From positions 1-36,220 of the forward strand of contig JAVYSI010000001.1 of the NCBI GenBank assembly GCA_038729265.1: a stretch of DNA of 36,220 nucleotides, in the 5' to 3' direction. The position numbers were made by a program, and so were the translations under genes. This document shows, one piece after another, positions 1 through 9,293 of this stretch (position 1 is its first letter; each line of letters starts with the position of its first letter). The notes beneath the pieces are model-generated. The model did no database searches and had not been told where the DNA came from. It saw only the letters and a program-made list of their open reading frames with translations. The stretch comes from Methanothrix sp. (lineage in GTDB: Archaea > Micrarchaeota > Micrarchaeia > Micrarchaeales > Micrarchaeaceae).

Positions 1-281
1 TAAGGTCGTTGGGCTACAAAGCCTATGTCGCGGATGAGACACTGGCAGAAGACATGGAGCAGTTCGAGCTGAAGAAGGCAAAGTACATCGTCATAGACAC
101 AAGCGACAGTGCGAGGTCCCTCTACGCAGCCATAATAGCAAAAAACATAGCCTCGTCGAAGCCTGTGTCTGTAGTTGCTGACAACACTGACATGGAGAAG
201 CACCTAAAGGGAATAGGAGTTGAGCACATAATAAACCCGATAGAGATAGCCGCTAAGGATATAGCATCAAGGATAGAATGA
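1..281 (+). CDS. TrkA-N/RCK (NAD-binding) domain protein, probably a K+ channel or transporter subunit; 5'-partial
   Basis: Frame stays open to the window edge. GY..Y.AD.T, L.KAK.IVI.T.D and GVEHIINP match the second half of an RCK/KTN domain. Confidence 0.75.
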   Translation, partial: RSLGYKAYVADETLAEDMEQFELKKAKYIVIDTSDSARSLYAAIIAKNIASSKPVSVVADNTDMEKHLKGIGVEHIINPIEIAAKDIASRIE

Positions 282-1877
282 TTATGGCCCTGATTCCTTT
301 ATTATTGGCCCGAATGTTATCTGCGGCTGCTCTCCTCCAGGAAGCATGGCTATAGACCTTACCCAATTGACCTTGAAATTCGCGCTATCGCTTTCAATCC
401 CGAAATATCCAAATATGACGAATGGGAGGTTTTCCTCTTCCTGAAGTGTGTTGTTGTAAAAATAATAAGCATGGAAAAACCCGTTCGCAAGCCCAATTGT
501 ATAAGTCCCAGATGTAGGTACTGACGTATCTACTGTTGTAGAAGAGCCTGCATCCACAGCAAGAGAATCCCCACCTATAACACTGAAAGTTTCACCATAG
601 CACAGATCATTCGCGCTCAAACCTACGTTTATCCATGTGTTGTTATACGGACCGTTGCAATAATGGTTGTCGAAAGGTCCCTGATTTATCTGTGCGCTGC
701 CGTTAACTCCGAATATTAGTCCACCAGCTCCAGGTGTCTGCATCGTTATGCTAGCTTCGGTTATGTTGTAAACGTCTATGGGATAATCGTTAAGCTTTTC
801 CAACAACGCGACCCCCTTGCCGTTGAAGTACAATCCGTTGTGTATGCTGTAATTATCTCCCAACATGTCAGTCCATGAGCTCGGGATTGAAGTGCCTAAG
901 AAATCAGTGTAATAGTTGAACACTAGTTGCCCATTGTCGTACTTGCCATAAGGCGTAGTCAGCATTGGGGCCAGGCCAGAATGGACTCCTGAAAACGTCG
1001 TGCTTATTGGTGTAAAATACATAAGTATCTGTGTCTTACTGGGGCATGACCCAAAGAAGCAGAATATGCCAAAAGTGCTCTGTGGCATCTTCACCCAAAA
1101 TATCGCATTGCTGGTCATGCTATCATTGCAGTTTTGGCACCAGTCGTAAAGCTCCTGGTTGTTATAATAAAACCTGATATTTCCCAAATCCGGTGATTCA
1201 TGGAGCACATAAGAGGTGTTTTTTGGGTTGAAACTTATCGGAACCTGATACCCCGGTTCAATGAAGCTAAGGAAGAACCAATCAAAGAAATTGAAATTGT
1301 TTATGGTTACGTTTATTGGCACAGCATATATGCCACCTATGGTTTGTAGGACTCCCTGTGTCCTAACAACGCCCCCATACTTGTAATAGCTGGTTGCGTT
1401 AGGTGGAGGGCAGTAAGCAGTAGATATTTTGCTTGGTGCTACTGCACAATAGTTTGCATATATGCTAAAGGTACCAGAATAAAGCTTTCCTGGGCTAAGT
1501 GTTTGACCATTAAAAAATGCTATGCAATATACCTTCTGCCCTTGCAATGCTACTTTGGGTGCACAATAACCAGAGTTGCTTTCGACACCACCAACAAAAG
1601 CGCTAAAACTGCTGGTATTTATTATACCTGGCTCTTCAAAATTGGCAACTACTAGCAGCGCGGTCCCAGTGGGTACGTTGCTGCTCGTATAATTTATTCC
1701 ATATATCGCATCAAAACAACCAAAGCTGTTATAAAAGTTGCATTCTGTTGGGAGTATCGATTTCGGAAGAGATATGAAAAGGAAAAGTACTGCTATGGCG
1801 ACAGTTATTATAAGAAGGACAGTACTGTAAGTGGTTATGAATTCTATGGCGCTCTGTGCCTTCGGTCCTTTTTGCAT
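282..1877 (-). CDS. Class III signal peptide (type IV pilin-like) large surface protein with a DUF2341-like domain
   Basis: Start moved to ATG 1877. MQKGPKA/QSAIEF has Glu at +5 and is followed by a hydrophobic helix. DLGNIRFY...IFWVKMP...ILMYF resembles DUF2341. Many N-x-S/T sequons and Cys residues. Confidence 0.75.
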   Translation of the reverse strand: MQKGPKAQSAIEFITTYSTVLLIITVAIAVLFLFISLPKSILPTECNFYNSFGCFDAIYGINYTSSNVPTGTALLVVANFEEPGIINTSSFSAFVGGVESNSGYCAPKVALQGQKVYCIAFFNGQTLSPGKLYSGTFSIYANYCAVAPSKISTAYCPPPNATSYYKYGGVVRTQGVLQTIGGIYAVPINVTINNFNFFDWFFLSFIEPGYQVPISFNPKNTSYVLHESPDLGNIRFYYNNQELYDWCQNCNDSMTSNAIFWVKMPQSTFGIFCFFGSCPSKTQILMYFTPISTTFSGVHSGLAPMLTTPYGKYDNGQLVFNYYTDFLGTSIPSSWTDMLGDNYSIHNGLYFNGKGVALLEKLNDYPIDVYNITEASITMQTPGAGGLIFGVNGSAQINQGPFDNHYCNGPYNNTWINVGLSANDLCYGETFSVIGGDSLAVDAGSSTTVDTSVPTSGTYTIGLANGFFHAYYFYNNTLQEEENLPFVIFGYFGIESDSANFKVNWVRSIAMLPGGEQPQITFGPIIKESGP

Positions 1878-1932
1878 AATAAGGTTTGAAATTAACATTT
1901 TAAATATATTCCCAGAAATTAATATCGAGCTA

Positions 1933-2205
1933 ATGCAGGCTGTAAAAATAACTGTTCACGGAATAATACAGGGAGTAGGCTATAGGGCACTTGTAATGGA
2001 AATAGCTACAAGCCTCGCAATAAGCGGATATGTGAAAAATATGCAGGATGGCAGCGTCCACATACTCGCAATCGGAGAAAAAGTTAAGATAGACAAATTC
2101 CTGAAGCTGATAAATGTTGATGTGAAGCACGGGCCGCAAGTGCATAAAATTGACTCTGCCCCAGCCGAAGGAAAATATAATTACAGATCCTTTGAGATCA
2201 GATAG
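1933..2205 (+). CDS. acyP: Acylphosphatase
   Basis: HGIIQGVGYR phosphate loop and GYVKNMQDGSV with the catalytic Asn. Start moved to ATG 1933 (90 aa). Confidence 0.93.
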   Translation: MQAVKITVHGIIQGVGYRALVMEIATSLAISGYVKNMQDGSVHILAIGEKVKIDKFLKLINVDVKHGPQVHKIDSAPAEGKYNYRSFEIR

Positions 2206-2619
2206 TCAAGACTCTATCCCAGTAGCGTTCGAAACTCCGGTGTTTGTTCCAGCTTTATTCTGCCTGCATTCGATACTTGCGGTTTCCTCTATCCTGTCGC
2301 TTATGGCCCCATCCTCATCATATAAGTAAACTACAAAGTTTATTCTATAATTGTCTGGGAAATTGTTTGGGAGCGTATAAAGGTTCACTACCTTGTTCAT
2401 TGTCGAATTCGGCTTAAGGAGCCCTACTCTTATCCTCCCGTTCTCCATTGGCATGTCGTGGGCCAGAGAGAGCGGTGCCTTAGCTATTATATCGGATTCG
2501 CACCAGTACATTCGTTCAGGATTGCTGTTCCTGAACTCAACCTTCATCTTGAATTCATTTTTCATAAAAGCCTTGAGCAGTTTTGGTTCGAAGCTGGTTT
2601 TCAATTCAACGGTCGCCAT
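2206..2619 (-). CDS. Hypothetical protein, probably a beta-sandwich/Ig-like fold
   Basis: ATG 2619 follows GGTG-N5. Alternating beta-strand pattern. The longer ORF-track version overlaps the next gene. Confidence 0.65.
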   Translation of the reverse strand: MATVELKTSFEPKLLKAFMKNEFKMKVEFRNSNPERMYWCESDIIAKAPLSLAHDMPMENGRIRVGLLKPNSTMNKVVNLYTLPNNFPDNYRINFVVYLYDEDGAISDRIEETASIECRQNKAGTNTGVSNATGIES

Positions 2620-2719
2620 GAAAACACCATACAATCCGATAACATTTATGTGGCTTAAGTATTTTATATCTTTAACAAAATAATATGACAGAGGCGTTAA
2701 ACCCACAAAAGAGATATTC

Positions 2720-3181
2720 ATGCCAGCCATAAACGAAGCAAAGCTCATACAGGCTGAGGTCAAGCTAAGAAATCTCCTAGTTACGAAGGAGGTCATCGAG
2801 ACCCGCAGGTCCATGGTAAGATGGCTTGCTTTGTCCCTTGGTATAATAAACCCTGGCGAGACAAGGCTGAGCGCGATATACGTGCTCGACGCCATGCTTT
2901 ATTTTCAGTTTCAGAAAAGGCACGATCCAAATGTGGAAGAGCTTTCTGAATACATATCCAAGGCATGGCAGCCCATAAACGAAAAGACGCTGCGTTATCA
3001 TTTGCTGCAACTGAAGACAAGCAACATAATAGAACATTCAAAGGGCAGATATTCCATGCTTTTTAGTGAAGACGGAGAAAAATATGACGAAAGTGCATGG
3101 ATACGCGGTTATTTTGAGTCCGAAATATCGCCGATACGCGAAAAGATAGCTTCTGTAATAAGAGAAATAAAAAAACGCTGA
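2720..3181 (+). CDS. Hypothetical winged helix-turn-helix protein
   Basis: PNVEELSEYI...INEKTLRYHLLQLKTSNIIEHSKGRY has a wHTH helix plus wing pattern. Confidence 0.65.
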   Translation: MPAINEAKLIQAEVKLRNLLVTKEVIETRRSMVRWLALSLGIINPGETRLSAIYVLDAMLYFQFQKRHDPNVEELSEYISKAWQPINEKTLRYHLLQLKTSNIIEHSKGRYSMLFSEDGEKYDESAWIRGYFESEISPIREKIASVIREIKKR

Positions 3182-3197
3182 GCAAAACTGTGATAAT

Positions 3198-4913
3198 ATG
3201 TCATCAGACAAGAATATACTGCTGTATGGGGGAATAGCAATAATAGTAGTAATAGCAGTTTTTATCGCAATCGTGGTGTCGTTCCAACCGTCAGGTCCGT
3301 ATAAAATCGATGTTTCGATTAACGCGCTGAATTATAATCCCAGTGCCACGTATCTGTTCAACACAACATATTTCAACATAACAATAAGCAACACTGGCTC
3401 AGCACCTGTACACGGGATGCAGGTTGGTTTTTATCTTGATGATCAGGCCATTAAATACTACAATGTTTCCATACCTGCACATAAGAGCGCTAACATAAGG
3501 GAAAACTACACATACTCCCAAAACGGTACCTACAATTTTTCTGTAGTGGCTGACCCAAGCCGCATACTTAACATTGCAAATTCATCAGTGACTTCAGCCC
3601 AGGTCAGCATAAATGTCAGTAATCCGCAGCAGCCCAACCTATACCAGTACATACCCTCAAATAACACCAACGAGACTTATACGTTTACCTTATTCCCAAG
3701 GGGTATGGAGTTCTCTTCACTTATGGACATAGAATATAATATCAGCCAGTTCAAGCCCCTTCTCGGCCCAGATACAGGAATATCGTTTAACATAATGCAC
3801 GACCTTTCTCCATTGCTGAACCTTGGAAATGGCGTTTATTCCAGATATGCCAACGATACTGTAGTATATGGGTTATGGCTCGAAGGCACAATGAACAATG
3901 CGGACATAAAGTCGTTGCTATCAACTTATTCATTCCCTGAACACAGCTTCAACAAGGGAAATTCGTCTGCCATTTTTGCAAAGCTTAACTATACGACCAG
4001 CTTCTGCAGTTATTCTAGCAAGGGCTGGACAAAAATATTCATATACTACAATGCAACTGAAGGGGGCAACTGTGAAAGCATGCTTGGCAGCAAGTATAAC
4101 GATACTGAATACGCTCTTCTCTCTAATGCTACCTCTTCTCACAGCGCCGAATATGCTAAGGATGCAAACTTTACATACCAGAATTCCACAAGCGAGGGAT
4201 TTGCAATAAGCCTGATAGGCAAGAACTATTCTATATATAGGCTTTCCGAAGACGGCTCTGCAGGAAACTTCGCGAGTATAATGGGGTTCCACAATGCCCT
4301 GAATGTCTCGGCTTATCACAGGGTGTGCCCTGGCTACATATACGTCAACAACAGCACAGGGCTCAGCATGTGCACGGAATATTTCAAATCTCCGTTGACT
4401 GCTCTGCAGAACTACTCGCTCTCGGATTCGATATCGATATCTAAGAATTACACCCTGCAGCTGTATTCGTTCGTAAGGCTAAATTATAGCGAAGCAGCCC
4501 TTTTCAATGCGGCTTCGCTTTTCACAAAGCTTAACCTGACAAACCAGTATACTTCGTGGGATCCGCTCGACAACAACACATGCAGCTTCGCAAACTCATC
4601 TATAGGATGCAAGTATGAAAGTTTCAACTCTACATCGAAAAAATACAGCTTAAATATAAGCAACGGCTTCAGCAGCCCGATAAAGATAAACTCCATAGGT
4701 TGCAGCTTATATCTGCCTGTAAATGCGACTACGCCTGTGAACGAGACGCTTGCACCAGGAAAAAGCATCATTGTATCATTAGCATGCAAGCTGCCTCCTG
4801 TGCCGATATCTAGCACCGTGTCTACATACTTCATGAACATGAGTTATTCTATGGCGGGCAAGCAGATGTACGAAAACGGAACCATTACATATGGGGACTT
4901 CTATGTCAGTTAA
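3198..4913 (+). CDS. Membrane-anchored surface glycoprotein with a CARDB-like Ig domain
   Basis: N-terminal TM helix. ITISNTGS...VGFYLDD...GTYNFSVVADP is CARDB-like. Dense N-glycosylation sequons and paired Cys. Confidence 0.75.
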   Translation: MSSDKNILLYGGIAIIVVIAVFIAIVVSFQPSGPYKIDVSINALNYNPSATYLFNTTYFNITISNTGSAPVHGMQVGFYLDDQAIKYYNVSIPAHKSANIRENYTYSQNGTYNFSVVADPSRILNIANSSVTSAQVSINVSNPQQPNLYQYIPSNNTNETYTFTLFPRGMEFSSLMDIEYNISQFKPLLGPDTGISFNIMHDLSPLLNLGNGVYSRYANDTVVYGLWLEGTMNNADIKSLLSTYSFPEHSFNKGNSSAIFAKLNYTTSFCSYSSKGWTKIFIYYNATEGGNCESMLGSKYNDTEYALLSNATSSHSAEYAKDANFTYQNSTSEGFAISLIGKNYSIYRLSEDGSAGNFASIMGFHNALNVSAYHRVCPGYIYVNNSTGLSMCTEYFKSPLTALQNYSLSDSISISKNYTLQLYSFVRLNYSEAALFNAASLFTKLNLTNQYTSWDPLDNNTCSFANSSIGCKYESFNSTSKKYSLNISNGFSSPIKINSIGCSLYLPVNATTPVNETLAPGKSIIVSLACKLPPVPISSTVSTYFMNMSYSMAGKQMYENGTITYGDFYVS

Positions 4914-4921
4914 CCATAAGT

Positions 4922-5182
4922 TTAAAGCCCAATGAAGTCCACGGCCCCCTTTCCCTTAGGGAATGCGCGCATCTTCTCCGCCTCTACTGGCAAACCGGTT
5001 TCGTCTGCCACGCGTTGCAGCTCGTTCAACTCCAAGTGCCTTGGGAGGTATAACTCGACAAATTCATGTTCTCCTATCTTTATCCGTTTCACGGTGAACA
5101 GCATCTTCTGCAGCATTCCGGAGCGTTTTACCTCTATCCTTATGCTGCCCCTGCTTATTATCGAAGCCACTTTGTCTTCCAA
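4922..5182 (-). CDS. Small hypothetical protein
   Basis: TTG start with AGGTG-N5 RBS. Fills the gap between neighbours and has globular composition. Confidence 0.7.
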   Translation of the reverse strand: MEDKVASIISRGSIRIEVKRSGMLQKMLFTVKRIKIGEHEFVELYLPRHLELNELQRVADETGLPVEAEKMRAFPKGKGAVDFIGL

Positions 5183-5326
5183 CCTAACACCTTACTACGT
5201 TCTTATTTTATCTATAGTATATTTATTCGTTAATCAGCCCACGCCTATAATTGGTCTAATTCCAGAGTTCCAAAATCGAATCAATTATAAAATTTAAGCT
5301 TGCAATAGGTATAAATCGGTGTTCAA

Positions 5327-6373
5327 TTGATTGCTGTCAGCTCTGGGTTTATAAGTGGGCTTTATTCCACCATATACACATATCTGCACAGCTACATGCC
5401 CGCGCTCTACGCTAATATCCTTTCATTCGTCATATCATTCGCCATATTTGCAATAATACTTTCGATACTGATAGTCCTATTTGTATACCTGTTCGGCTGG
5501 GGCGAAAGGAAGATAATGGGAAGGATGCAATCCAGGCACGGGCCTACATATACAGGTCCGTTCGGCATACTTCAGAACATGGCCGACGTATTGAAGCTCC
5601 TCTCGAAAGAGAACATAGTTCCAAACAATGCGGATATGCCAATATTCGGCATGATACTGCCTGTTGTGTACGCGCTATTTGTATTCACCTTCGCATTCAT
5701 ACCTATAACTAGCTCATTTGTAGGCATAAATACGTCAATAGCGCTGATCGCAGTTTTTCTGGTGCTCTCGTTCATGCCGCTCCTGCTGTTCCTAGCAGGG
5801 TGGACAAGCGGGAACAAGTTCGGTTCCATAAGCGCGCAAAGGTCTGTCATAATGCTTGTCAGCTACGAAGTCCCCCTGATTCTTGTGATAGCTTCTGTCG
5901 CCATAGCTGCCCATGGGTTTTCGTTCATGAGCATAGTTGCATCACAGTCGCACGTATGGTACGCACTTTTGCTGCCAATAGGCTTCGTCCTTTTCTTCAT
6001 AATAATGCTAGCGGAGCTAGAAAGGCCCCCGTTCGACATAAGGGAGGCGGACAACGAGCTCATAGCAGGCTGGCTTACTGACGTAAGCGCCCCATACTAC
6101 GGCCTTGCCCTATTTTTAGACTATACTAGGATGTTCGTAGGGACCTTGCTGATTACTATATTGTTCCTCGGAGGCTGGAACGGCCCTATATTGCCGCCGT
6201 TCGCGTGGACGATGATAAAAGTAGTAATACTCACAATATTCATAATAATAATAAGGGCAACTACTGTCAGGATGACGATACGCAAGCTGCTCAGGATCGG
6301 CTGGCTCTATCTTTTGCCACTGGCAGTAATAAACGTTTTAGCATCGTATATAATATTTGTGTGGTTGGCATGA
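5327..6373 (+). CDS. nuoH: Complex I-like oxidoreductase subunit H
   Basis: ERKIMGRMQSRHGP, ADVLKLLSKE, SYEVP and ERPPFD motifs; multi-TM. TTG start with GGTG-N5. Confidence 0.95.
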   Translation: MIAVSSGFISGLYSTIYTYLHSYMPALYANILSFVISFAIFAIILSILIVLFVYLFGWGERKIMGRMQSRHGPTYTGPFGILQNMADVLKLLSKENIVPNNADMPIFGMILPVVYALFVFTFAFIPITSSFVGINTSIALIAVFLVLSFMPLLLFLAGWTSGNKFGSISAQRSVIMLVSYEVPLILVIASVAIAAHGFSFMSIVASQSHVWYALLLPIGFVLFFIIMLAELERPPFDIREADNELIAGWLTDVSAPYYGLALFLDYTRMFVGTLLITILFLGGWNGPILPPFAWTMIKVVILTIFIIIIRATTVRMTIRKLLRIGWLYLLPLAVINVLASYIIFVWLA

Positions 6374-6735
6374 CAATAATTAAGGGAATATATGAAGTAG
6401 GTAAGGGATTGCTTAAGAAGCCCTCCACGCTAGAGTATCCTGAGGTTAGGGAAGACCTTGCAGACAATTACAGGGGCATACACAAGCTCGACATGAAAAC
6501 ATGCATAAGCTGCGCCGCATGCGCCAGGATATGCCCGAACCAGACAATAGACATGGTTGACACGGAAACAGACAAGGGCATTAAAAAGATGCCTCAAATA
6601 AACCTAGAGCGTTGCCTATTTTGCGCCCTATGTGAGGAAGTCTGTCCTCCTCAGTGCCTCATACTAACCAAGGATTACGATTACGAAGCGTATGACAGGA
6701 GGGAATACGTCAAGCGCCCGGAAGACCTGCAATGA
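6370..6735 (+). CDS. nuoI: Complex I-like subunit I (2x[4Fe-4S])
   Basis: CISCAACARICP and CLFCALCEEVCP; TLEYP and YRGIH motifs. ATG 6370 overlaps the nuoH stop (ATGA). Confidence 0.95.
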   Translation: MTIIKGIYEVGKGLLKKPSTLEYPEVREDLADNYRGIHKLDMKTCISCAACARICPNQTIDMVDTETDKGIKKMPQINLERCLFCALCEEVCPPQCLILTKDYDYEAYDRREYVKRPEDLQ

Positions 6736-6743
6736 GGTTTTGA

Positions 6744-7229
6744 ATGTACGAGATTTGGCTGTTGATAGTCGTTGCATTGATCGCAGTGCTTGAACTGGCA
6801 GCGATAGCATTCATATTCATATCAAAAAGCCTGCTGCATTCGGTAATAAGCCTTACCCTCGCGTTCGTGGCTAATTCCGCCATTTTTCTGGCAATGCAGC
6901 AACCGTTTCTTGCAATAATACAGCTCTTCATATTCGTCGGTGGCATATCCACCTATGCAATTGTCGGAGTCGCTTCTTCCAGCTTTTCAAAATTTCCCCA
7001 TACAAACAAAATTGCTTTCATAGGAGTATTCATAATACTGCTGGCTGTGATATCTTATCCTATATTCGGAATGAAAAATACCGGGATGTCTCACAACCCG
7101 TTCACCGCCCTGCAGGTAAAAACCGGAATATCTTCATACATGGGCCTTTTCTACTTGATAACAGCGATGCTGTTCGGTATAGCTATAGGTTCAATAATAT
7201 TGGTAAAATCGCTAGGAAGATTGAAATGA
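6744..7229 (+). CDS. nuoJ: Complex I-like subunit J
   Basis: Five hydrophobic segments, LLHSVISL and QLFIFVGGI motifs, operon position. Confidence 0.9.
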   Translation: MYEIWLLIVVALIAVLELAAIAFIFISKSLLHSVISLTLAFVANSAIFLAMQQPFLAIIQLFIFVGGISTYAIVGVASSSFSKFPHTNKIAFIGVFIILLAVISYPIFGMKNTGMSHNPFTALQVKTGISSYMGLFYLITAMLFGIAIGSIILVKSLGRLK

Positions 7230-7525
7230 TTGAACAGGTATTCATATTTTTGGGTTTTGCAGTGTTCGTTTTAGGCGTAGCTGGAATAGTTTCCAGCAGG
7301 AACGTAATTGTAATGCTACTTTCTACAGAGGTCATAATGCTATCGGCATCATTTATGGCCGTAGTATTTTTCAACTTCAACGTCAATGGCAGTATAATTC
7401 CTTTGCTGTTCGTCATATGGTCCATAGCAGCAGCAGAAGTCATAATGGTGATTGTGTTTTACAGGTATCTCATAGGCAGCAAGGCGAGCCTTGACATAAA
7501 ATCGCTTTCGAAACTCAGGGATTGA
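7226..7525 (+). CDS. nuoK: Complex I-like subunit K
   Basis: 99 aa, three TMs, RNVIVMLLSTE and AAAE with both conserved Glu. Confidence 0.93.
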   Translation: MIEQVFIFLGFAVFVLGVAGIVSSRNVIVMLLSTEVIMLSASFMAVVFFNFNVNGSIIPLLFVIWSIAAAEVIMVIVFYRYLIGSKASLDIKSLSKLRD

Positions 7526-7526
7526 A

Positions 7527-9293
7527 ATGCTTACATTATTGGTTATATTTCCGCTTTTGGTTGCGTCATTCTTGGCGCTGCTTACATACGGAAGGGAAAA
7601 ATATACAGGTCCAATAGTCCTAGCGGGAAGCCTGCTCACTTCCTTAATGGTAATATATGCATCATTTAACTCCTATGGCAAAATCCAGGAGCTAGGTTGG
7701 TTCGGCATATCGGGCTACACTTTCCATATAACCACGCAATTGCTTCCACTTAACATAATACTTGCGATGTTAATCGGGATAATAACACCTCTTATAATGC
7801 TTTATTCGATGGGTTATATCGATTCCAAAATAGAAAGGCCAAGATTCTTCTTCGAGATGGGCGTTTTCGCTTCGGCCATGCTTCTATTCGCAATATCTGG
7901 CAACTTCATAACCATGTTTATAGCGTGGGAAATGCTCGGAATAACGAGTTATCTGCTCATAGGCTTCTGGTATCACAAGGAACATGCACCATATGCCGCC
8001 AGAAAATCTATATCCACCATAATAATAGGAGATTTCACTATGCTTGCCGCGATGTTGATAATATGGACCTCTTACCATACGTTCAGCTTCTCAGCCATAC
8101 TGGCAGCCCCATCAACCGTGTACTTGCCGGTGGCAATGTTGCTCGTCTTGGTGGCGTGCTTCACCAAATCCGCGCAGTTTCCATTCCACGAATGGCTTGC
8201 AGACGCAATGGAAGGCCCGACACCGGTTTCTGCGTTCCTGCATTCTTCTACAATGGTCAAAGCCGGCGTATTCTTGGTCCTTGTCCTATCACCCCTTTTC
8301 TTCAAGGCCGGATTATCCGAACTTATACTTTCGATAGGCATCATATCTGTAATACTAGGAGCCTCTAACGCAATATCATCCCACCATGTAAAGAAGATAC
8401 TCGCGTATTCCACGATAGAAGATCTCGGCCTTATGTTCGTCGCAATAGGCCTACACGCAATAATAGCTGCAGTACTGTTCTTCATAGTACAGGCATTCTA
8501 TAAAGCAGTGCTTTTCATGTCAGCAGGCTCAATAATGAGGGCAAACGCCGAGGAAGAGAACATATACAAGATATACGGCTCCTCGAGCAGAAAGTCACTT
8601 TACGTACCCATGTTAATAGGCGTCGTCTCAATAGCTGGTGTTTTCCCGCTAAGTGGGTTCTTCGGAAAGGCAGCCATAGATACTGCTGCTTCTTCGAACA
8701 TTTTGACATACATAATCCTTGTAATAATAGATTTTGCAACAAGCGCTTACATATTCAGGTGGATGTTCATCCACTCGCGCAAGGTGCCGAAGGGCTATGC
8801 TGTCAACTACAAGCAAATACCAAGCAGCATGATATATGCAGGAGCAATAACGTCGGCGCTTGTAATACTCGCTGCGTTTGTTTTCTTCTATATAAGCGGA
8901 TTCCTTTCATATTACGGATATAGTGCTGGGTTGTCGATAAGCTTGTTTGACTCGATAATCGAAACCATAGCTGTTGCCTTGGGCATAGCTGCATCGTATA
9001 AGATTTTTGTGCTGGCAAAACCTACGGGGGAGATAAAAACGCGCTTATACTATGCTCTTTTCAATAGTGTACTGGTAAATTCAGCATATGCATACATCGC
9101 CAAGGCAATAATGTATTTCGCCGAGGGCATCAATGTTCTCGAGGAGCTCATATACGGGTTTTTCGCTTCAGGTGGCGAAGGGATGGTGGCCATATCGAAT
9201 AAGCTAAGACTGATAGTTACAGGCGATACGAACAATTATCTGCTGGCCTTTGTTGCCGGAATAATACTCATAATATTACTTTTGTTGGTGTAA
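7527..9293 (+). CDS. nuoL: Complex I-like antiporter-like subunit L
   Basis: WEMLGITSYLLIGFW and KSAQFPFHEWLADAMEGPTPVSAFLHSSTMVKAG. Confidence 0.95.
   Translation: MLTLLVIFPLLVASFLALLTYGREKYTGPIVLAGSLLTSLMVIYASFNSYGKIQELGWFGISGYTFHITTQLLPLNIILAMLIGIITPLIMLYSMGYIDSKIERPRFFFEMGVFASAMLLFAISGNFITMFIAWEMLGITSYLLIGFWYHKEHAPYAARKSISTIIIGDFTMLAAMLIIWTSYHTFSFSAILAAPSTVYLPVAMLLVLVACFTKSAQFPFHEWLADAMEGPTPVSAFLHSSTMVKAGVFLVLVLSPLFFKAGLSELILSIGIISVILGASNAISSHHVKKILAYSTIEDLGLMFVAIGLHAIIAAVLFFIVQAFYKAVLFMSAGSIMRANAEEENIYKIYGSSSRKSLYVPMLIGVVSIAGVFPLSGFFGKAAIDTAASSNILTYIILVIIDFATSAYIFRWMFIHSRKVPKGYAVNYKQIPSSMIYAGAITSALVILAAFVFFYISGFLSYYGYSAGLSISLFDSIIETIAVALGIAASYKIFVLAKPTGEIKTRLYYALFNSVLVNSAYAYIAKAIMYFAEGINVLEELIYGFFASGGEGMVAISNKLRLIVTGDTNNYLLAFVAGIILIILLLLV

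Noticed and set aside
2620-2895. N-terminal extension of the 229-aa minus ORF
   Set aside because: Crosses the divergent promoter and the wHTH gene; ATG 2619 has a GGTG-N5 RBS.
6205-6369. N-terminal extension of the nuoI ORF
   Set aside because: Lies inside nuoH; ATG 6370 with ATGA coupling is the natural start.
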